Assembly: GCA_951406725.2 (NCBI GenBank)
Contig: OX597817.1
Span: 104,222,001 to 104,286,000, forward strand
Source of the DNA: Octopus vulgaris
Lineage: Eukaryota
Direction: 5' to 3'
DNA: 64,000 nucleotides
Position numbers and translations under genes: made by a program. Under the pieces are notes generated by a model that did no database searches, was not told where the DNA came from, and saw only the letters and a list, made by a program, of their open reading frames with translations. This document shows positions 53,850-64,000 of the stretch, piece after piece; within the stretch, counting starts at the first letter, position 1, and the number at the start of each line of letters is the position of its first letter.

Positions 53850-54225
53850 AACTTTCCGGAGGTTTGTCATTTAAATATATATGAGCATGTCCAGATATGC
53901 AACTATATGCATGAGAATACATACATAAAACATACAAATTTGCACATACATACATACAAACATACATACATACATACATACATACATACATGCATACATA
54001 CATACATACGTACATACATACATACATGCATGCATACTACGTCCGTATGCATGAGAATGCATACATAAAACATACAAATCTGCAGATACATACATACATA
54101 CAAACAAACAAAAATACTCCGTTGTTGATGTTGAAATTCCACTGAAGGAGTCTTGGATCTAGGTTAGAAACCGTTTCTGTCTCTATTGGCAAGAAATCTT
54201 AAAATAAACTGAATAATGACATACA
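53850..54225 (+). mobile_element. 3' end of the (TACA)n-bearing LINE family with internal duplication
   Basis: Same flanks as 15505-16115. The TATGCATGAGAAT...AAAACATACAAAT segment is duplicated. Confidence 0.75.
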
Positions 54226-54594
54226 TTCAAATAGCAGTGAAATCAACCTTTTAACCTCCCGCTTAGAAAGCTAAAAAGTAGTTTTAAAATCCTTGCGTTC
54301 CTCAAGCGTTCACATCAAAATCATCTGATTACCTTTCAATCAGTCCATTTACTTTATTATTGCAGTTTTTTTTCTGGGAGCATATTTTAGCAATGTTTTA
54401 TGTGAAGCATTGGTTCATAATATCAGGTTACACCGATGTTTCTATAACAACAGTATTTAGGAATTTGTTACCTATTTATCATCGAAGGTGAACAGAATAC
54501 AAAATTCTTTTACAGCAGGTTGACTTTGCAAGAGTGTTGTTATATAATGTTTCAAAACAATTATGGCGTAACGTAGTTCAAGGCGAAGTTTCTA

Positions 54595-56345
<1,751 letters not shown>

Positions 56346-57281
56346 ATGAGAGTGTCGTTGCATTTTGCATATGAATGTGTATGTGCTTGTGAGTGTGTGT
56401 GTGGCTCAGTTTATGTTTCTTATTCCACAGCTACACCAGCAATCTAATGCCAACCCTTCGCCTTTTGCAACATTTCAACAGTTCACTTCCTCGTTGCCGT
56501 CTCCCATTGTAGCCCATTTGCGGATTGTACCCATTTACGTACAATATCTCCATTACACCTACATTCGTTCGGCTGTCAACCATACGATGGGTCGTGCTAG
56601 ATGCAGCACCGACCGCCGCAAAAGAGAATATATCCACTGACAGCTTTTCGGTGCGTTCAAAATTCACTTACCCGCCAACACTAATTTTCCATGACAGGTT
56701 AGAGCCTGAATTTTTCCAAACGGACGCATGACATGTCACTTAGTCGAATTAGCCCATCATTTACTCCACAAATGTTTTGTCGTTAATGCTTCACTTTCCC
56801 GTATAATCCTGAGCAACAGCAGGTGTCTCTGCTAGTATTTATCCTATGACATCATTGCTGGAAATTTATTTTCTCGACCTATGAGAAAACTTCTACATAG
56901 TACGGCTATGTACTAGAAATAGCAGTTAAATCTTTCTCAAATCGCATCCTGCTAATTTTACATTAAGGAGAGACACATATTGGATAATCCTCTTCTGTAA
57001 CTGCAAAAGTCAGGATAGCAACGATTAAAACACATTTGGTCATAAATTTACTCGATCAAGGCTGAGAAAGTTAAATAACAATAACAACAATAATTTAACG
57101 CGCCTAATATTTTCTTCTTAATAATTTGTGCCTGAACTAGCTCAGTATTGCTTAGATATGATAGACATAATGTTTTCTTCTGGTTCACGTAACTCCTTAG
57201 TGTCAATCCAGTTTGGTATTATATTCTACTATATTATATTCTACTGGTATTATATTCTACTGGTATTATATTCTACTATAT

Positions 57282-57490
57282 TGTTTCAGTCATTAGACTG
57301 CAGCCATGCTGTGGCATCGGCTTGAATAATTTTTAGTCGAATGAATTGGCCCCAGTATCAAATTAAAAATTTTTTAAACCTGGTACTTAGAGTATCGTTC
57401 CCTTTTGTCGAACTTCTAAGTTGAAGGGACATAAACACAATAACATCGGTGGTCAAGCGGTGGTGGGGAACAGACACAAAGACACATACG

Positions 57491-57538
<48 letters not shown>

Positions 57539-57705
57539 ACGTGTGTGTGTTAGTTTCTGTCTTTTAGTTTCTGTCAACCAAATTCACTCAAAGCTTTGGT
57601 CAGCCCGAGGCTATGGTAGAAGACACTTGCCAGAAGTGCCGCGTAGTGGGATTGAACCCGGAGCTATGTTGTTTGGAAGCAAGCTTCTTACCACACAACC
57701 ACGCT
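57282..57705 (-). mobile_element. SINE family B, full-length
   Basis: Reverse complement of the family B consensus with internal (CA)n. Confidence 0.9.
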
Positions 57706-59468
57706 TGTACCTATTATATAAAATTTGTTTTTGTAGCACATTTAACCCGTTAGTTTTCGGTTTGAAGGAAAGTGCTGGTATTAGATACTCCTTTAAGTCA
57801 ATAGTGTTTGGCCTATGGATTAAATGGTCTAAATCAGTGGTTCTTAATTCAAGAGGTAGCGTCCCTTTGTGAATGACCACACAAAGGGGTGCTACGGGGA
57901 GCGCTTAGTGTATAGAGCGGTTGTATTTCTTAGAAATAAAATATTTAAGCCAGATACAATACTTACATTTTAAACATATTCTTTAAAAAATTTTTTGTCG
58001 AGATTGAAATGAGTTGGACATTGTGTTATCGGCGATCAGAAAACATGATAGGTGACGTGCTAAGGTCCATAATAATTTCGTTATGTAAGTCCTCGCCGAC
58101 TTCAGTAATTTCCATACAAATATGAAAATTTAATATAGGGGCACTAATCCCGCACATAACTAAAAAAAAACATGGCAGACAATGGTTGGAATAGAATTAG
58201 ATATGTGAACACTAAAAATTTGCTCATAATAAGCTTGTTTAATTAAAATAAATCTTAATGTTCGCAAAACATGTGATGATGGGATTTGCAAAGATTTTTA
58301 CATAAGTAATAACATGGAATTTTTTAATATAATAAATCATATTTAAAGCCGATGCACAATGTATTTGCAATATGAGAATAAACAAAAAGAATGAGATATG
58401 AAAGATGACGGCTTTTGTTACAGTAACAAAATACAACAATTGTCATAAAATGTTCTACTAGTTGTCCATCCTGAAAGTCCACAGACATACCTTAATCATC
58501 TGTAGAATGGAAAAGGTGCGCTCGTCCCTCCCTCTCCATGCTGCTTACAGGCATTGTTAAGGCAGTTTGATGCTACTTGAACAGTTCAAAAGATGCACTT
58601 CTGTAGAGGTACAAAATTCTAAGAATTCAGTCAGTTAAAAATTAGGTGTGGTTGATAGGGTTCATCACTTTGGTTGTTGAAACGGAAAAACAAAGAGAAA
58701 AAGGTGATTTTTGCGCAAATAAAATCATGGACATGTCTAACTTGACCTCGACCACCAAAAATTAGATATTATGATGCAACACTGTAATCCACATTTAGTT
58801 GATAGACTGGTTTTCGTTTACATTCCTTATAATATAATGCGAGGAGATTTGGGATCAGTTAATATGACTTTTTCCTTTTATTTATTTATTTATTACAAAT
58901 GGTTTAGCAAATAATATTTTTCAGGGCTTCCACGACGGCAATGAAGGAGGGAAGCTATCTTTAGTGTCGAGGTCTGGTCAGAATGCTCGCTATAGAATAA
59001 GCTCAGTTAAAGGTACCAAGGGTCAGGTGAACATATTAACCTGAGTGTTTAACCTTTTATGAGAGTTACTGTACCGACGTACATAACATTTCGTGTCACG
59101 TACTTTGGTTCCATAAAGCAATAGACATTCAATTTAACACATGACTTGTTAGATTTGTCCTCGATTCACTACAATAGATTTATATAATAACAGCCTAAAA
59201 TTTCAAATATGTCTTGTTTTGACAAGTCAACCCAAAATACACCCTCTTTTTGTTGATTCTAGTTGAAAGAATCAATAGTGAACTTTAAATGTGTTGATAC
59301 TTGAGCGTAAATAATTATAAAATTATATAAAATTGCAGAGGATTTTATAAATATCTATACATCTGAAGGGGAATGTTTTTATAACTGAACGATGCGGAGG
59401 CAACGTTCATTACTGTGCTCGTACTATGAAAACATACACACACACTCTCGCGCGCGCATTCACACATA

Positions 59469-59543
<75 letters not shown>

Positions 59544-59827
59544 ACACACACACATGCACACAAGAATACAAAGATTTGAACCGTTGCCTTCTATAATCTA
59601 AAATTTCGTCCATTCACGTTCCTCGCTGATTGATGTTGGTGACATTTCATGCATCTTTAAAATAATGTTGCACGCATGTACATATTAATGTATGTGAACT
59701 TGTATTTGTGTGAGTGGATGTTTGTGTGGGCTTATGGACTTATGTGCCTAGGTACATTTCATGTTAGTTTTATTAAATATATATCAAAATTTTGAATATA
59801 CTCCAAATTCAATTTTACATAAAGGCA

Positions 59828-60297
<470 letters not shown>

Positions 60298-61149
60298 ATT
60301 CAAATGACCACATTTGTATATAGCTCAATTTAACAAGTTTTGTAGATAAGTAGACAATAAGTAAACTACAAATGTATTGAGAGCGCAACTCTTTTCCGAT
60401 TCCTAGATAAAATCTTTCATATCAACCACTAGAATCATTTCACTCTGACAATTGGATACACGTTACAATCGCTATTCCCTTCTTTCAGACTTTCAAGAGT
60501 TTGCAATACGACAGAACGATCTTCAACGTGGTCTCGACCTACTTGGAATATCAGTCAAATGTCACTTGATCAAGATTGACCTGGGATCAAGTAATAACAA
60601 TAGCAACTTTAGCAGACAATTGGTTAGGTTCTAGGACAAGGTTATTATGTCTAATCACACTATGGCACAATAATAATGGACAGATTATAATGTCTAAATA
60701 ACACTAACATACAATAAAAATTGGTAAAGTGACATGATCTGAGACTGCATGTTAAAGTAAAATAAACTTTTAGTGGATGACTGAGGGTGGTTACCGTTTA
60801 GTCAAGGGAAAAGGAAAAGAAACAGCTTTCTTTATCCTTTATTTTCCAGATAGTCTGAGACCCGTGAAAAGGGAGAAAAATATCCTTAAACCAGCTTGCA
60901 ACAGAGAGGACCCACCTTAAAGAACCCAACAACCAAGTGGTGGCGTTAAACCGGTAGATGGATTAAGTCCACCAACCAACAACTCAAAACAGAAATTGCT
61001 TGAACAAATTCTGCATACTTCATGAGGATTATAAGATGTCAATTTGATACACCTTGTCTTACATAAAGGGAATGTTCCTTTAATAATTGATCGAAGCACA
61101 ATTAATCATTTTTTCGTTAATCAACAAAGAGTTCGTAGATGGAATTACT

Positions 61150-61530
61150 GTGCAGAGTATACCTGGGATTATGTTTTCAGAGAGGTGACGTGAAATAGAT
61201 ATTCTCGTTGCAGAACGGGAGATAAGTCAAACAAACGCTTGTGAAGAGAATGGAAGTGACAAGAGACTTTGAATAAGAGAGTATCTGTGAGCCAAAGTAA
61301 CTAGAAATATGTATTGCAGAAATATGTATTGCAGAGTGGTAGGGAGATTTGATTCTGTGCATGTCTAGACGCTAAATTTCAATCCCAAAAATGTTAGAAT
61401 ACAGAGAGTCGAGAGGACAGCGGAGATAAGTTGAAGACAGATGGTGAGACATCTGTATCTCAGTGCGGAACAAGATATGTAAAAATCTAGAGTATTGGGA
61501 AGATGTGTAGGATGGGCTGCACTTACAGAA
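61150..61530 (-). mobile_element. Degenerate CR1/Jockey-like LINE remnant (tentative)
   Basis: HPTHLPNTLDF resembles the APE C-terminal PT...TLDL motif. Downstream NIFGIEI and HI..SQIL resemble the post-RT region. Confidence 0.3.
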
Positions 61531-63319
61531 ATATTCTTCCTATATTCTCCTTAGTTACAAATTTGGTTGCAATGACATGACTGATGACTCAAATTAGAAA
61601 TAAAATAGTGAGAAATGTTTGATAAATAAAAAGGAATTCAAGGGGAATTTATTACAGTCATAAGTTATATACATTATTATTGAATCGAATACTTTGAACT
61701 TTGACATATTTTTTAAAGATAGCACAATATATATTGACCTTCCTTATACCCTTCCATAAATATTAAAAATATAGGTCACGTCTGAAATCTAATCACTTAT
61801 ATATTTTTGTATGCTTATGTGTGTGGAAGTCTGTTTACTTATTTGTAATCAGCTAGAACTTATGACTGTGCATGTGACTTTTGAAACGTTTTACAAGAAA
61901 ATTAGGGTCCTAATCTCCAATTTAAGCTTTTCTTTTGCCTTACATCGCTATCTTGCTTCCAAGCTATCTAAATTCCATCTATATTTATAGGAAGAGGGTT
62001 TAAATTCCAAATTATTTCTCATACTTTTACTATAAATCATAAGCAACTCGTAAACATCTTAGTTTATATAATCCAGACTATGATAGATAACTGGTGATAC
62101 ATAGGTAATTGTACATGCATAGTTTGTTTTATCTAAGTCCTTACTAAAGCTCTTCTCTCAGTAACTAGGCCTCTCTGTAAGAAATTAAAGATTTTTTTTC
62201 TTTCTGAACTGAAGGAATTGCAGTTATATATAATATTTTTAAAACTTTGAAATATTGTAATAAGTTATCAGAAAGTTATGCGAGTACGTTTTTATCTATT
62301 TATCATCGGCTACGTAGGCGAATAGAAGGAATAAAGAGGTCTGCTGTGGACACAAAACCATATATTTGGTGGGTAGGGGGTAGTCGATTTTATCGACTCC
62401 TTAGTACAAGTACTTACTTTTATCATTACGAGAACGATGAAAGGGGAAGTGGACTTTGGTGGGATTTAAACCCAGAACGTCAAGAATCGTTACTAAACAC
62501 CACAAAACATGTTATACGACGCTTTCATGATTCTACCAGAGGTAGACAGAAAAGAGAGTTTTAGCTATTGCTAACGGGAGAACGAGAGGGAGACAAAGCT
62601 GTTACCAAAACAGAAAATGATAGAACAATACTTCAGGTATCACAATTCAAGATAGTAATGAGTAATTTGAAGATTTGGTTGCTATTTCTAGTAAGTTGAA
62701 CGGCTATGTAACGGCTGCCTCGTTGACTTGAAATATGAAAGGTAAAATGATATTGTAGTAATTCGAGGAAGAAGAATAAAATCCAATGCAAATGGTCAAA
62801 CACCAAGTCAACTAAGTCTCTCGACCCTATCTGAGACCAAGTACGAACCAACAAGACAACCGCTACATGGTATCTCTACTTGCTAGAAATAGACTTCGAA
62901 TTACATCCTACCGTCTTAGAAAAACAGGTTCGATAATGGGATCCTGGGTTCCTTGTACATAAGAGAAATACAGGATGGGTCTGTTTAATCAGGGCTGATT
63001 TGGAATGAAACAGCAACAATAACCAAACAAAAGAAAATAACACGGAAGAAATGAAGATAAAGTAGAGAAAGAAAGAAAGAGAAAATGAAACCATAACCTG
63101 CCGCATCAATAAATCATACTATATTTGGTAATTGAGAGACATATGCTATACTGAGAGAGTGTGAACTCAGTTGACTCTCACACTTACCTCCTTCGAATTA
63201 CCAAAAGTATATTTTAGACAACACTGGTGCCTCTGCGAAGATAGTAATAATAAGAACAGACAAAACAAAATAGCAAATAAATGTAACAACTCGGGCAGGG
63301 GGCGTATAAAACTGATACG

Positions 63320-63495
63320 AGATTAGCTTAAAAGCTGATGTTGCTGTGTTTACGTTCACATAACTTAGCAGTTCGGTAAAAGAGGCCAATAAAACGTAAC
63401 AGGCATAAAAAAGAAAGAACTTGTATCGATTTATTCGATTAAAATTCTTGATGGCGGTGCCCCAGTTTGGCCGCAGCCAGATGATTGAAAAAGAT
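63320..63495 (+). mobile_element. SINE family B 3' half, diverged
   Basis: GTGTTTACGTTCACATAACTTAGCAGTTCGG...GGCGGTGCCCCAG.TTGGCCGCAG. Confidence 0.7.
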
Positions 63496-64000
63496 ATAAG
63501 AACCACTAAATTCTTTAAATCTAAAGGAGGTAATTCTTGTACTATGGCATTGAAACCTTTCACAGTCGCTTTACCTGCTAGAAATAGAACCCAAATGCTT
63601 TAAAATCACATCTCAATGCTAGATGTTCAAGAACCAAATGAAGGGCAGATTTTTTCAGTCCCGGGACCATCCTGATTCCAAAAAAGGTATAATATGTCTA
63701 TGTAAAGCAAATGTAGACTGAGATACAGCAGTCCCAGACGGACAGATAGAATTTTGCTTTTATTGATATAGAAGAAAAGTGACAGTGACTTTGACGTTAC
63801 GGCCTGCTAGCCTTTATCAGATTGTAGCTAGAAGGCTAGCTGGTCGAAAATTCGAAGTCACTGCCATCCTTCTTGTAAAAATTTGATAAGCATATATATA
63901 TATATAGTCTACAAAAAAGTATTGAGTAATTCTTCAATTCTATGATAAGTTGTTTCCCTACAACTTGTCATAACAATTATATATGTATAATGGACCATAA

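Noticed and set aside
54135-54180. CTGAAGG...AGAAACCG hairpin in the LINE 3' UTR (also ~16045 and ~50305) as a hammerhead
   Set aside because: Core is not CUGANGA, the other copies lack CTGA, and no stem I forms.
57835-58230. hAT/Charlie-like MITE starting CAGTGGTTCT
   Set aside because: No matching right TIR or 8-bp TSD could be located.

Overview
AT-rich, repeat-saturated eukaryotic DNA with no host protein-coding gene that I can recognise. The SINE families, (TA)n/(TACA)n/(TAA)n microsatellites and LINE mix look like a coleoid cephalopod, probably Octopus (inference). Nearly all ORF-track entries are microsatellite or TE artefacts. Real content: two abundant tRNA-derived SINE families; fragments of L1/Tx1, R4/Dong-type, RTE, CR1 and Penelope-like (PLE) retrotransposons; a Gypsy LTR element; and hAT, mariner, piggyBac-like and Helitron-like remnants. 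Highlights: (1) type I hammerhead ribozyme motifs with an unusually long shared stem II, including a ~200-bp-arm near-perfect palindrome at 24713-25126 that places a hammerhead on each strand next to a PLE endonuclease remnant; (2) a Gypsy LTR split just downstream of its TATA box by two tandem Tx1-like inserts, one of them an ORF1-only (HAL1-like) element, revealed by an uninterrupted sister LTR at 41663-41988; (3) a dimeric SINE carrying the same Tx1-type 3' tail internally; (4) R4/Dong-type elements sitting in (TAA)n repeats. All alignments and folds were done by eye and boundaries are approximate.
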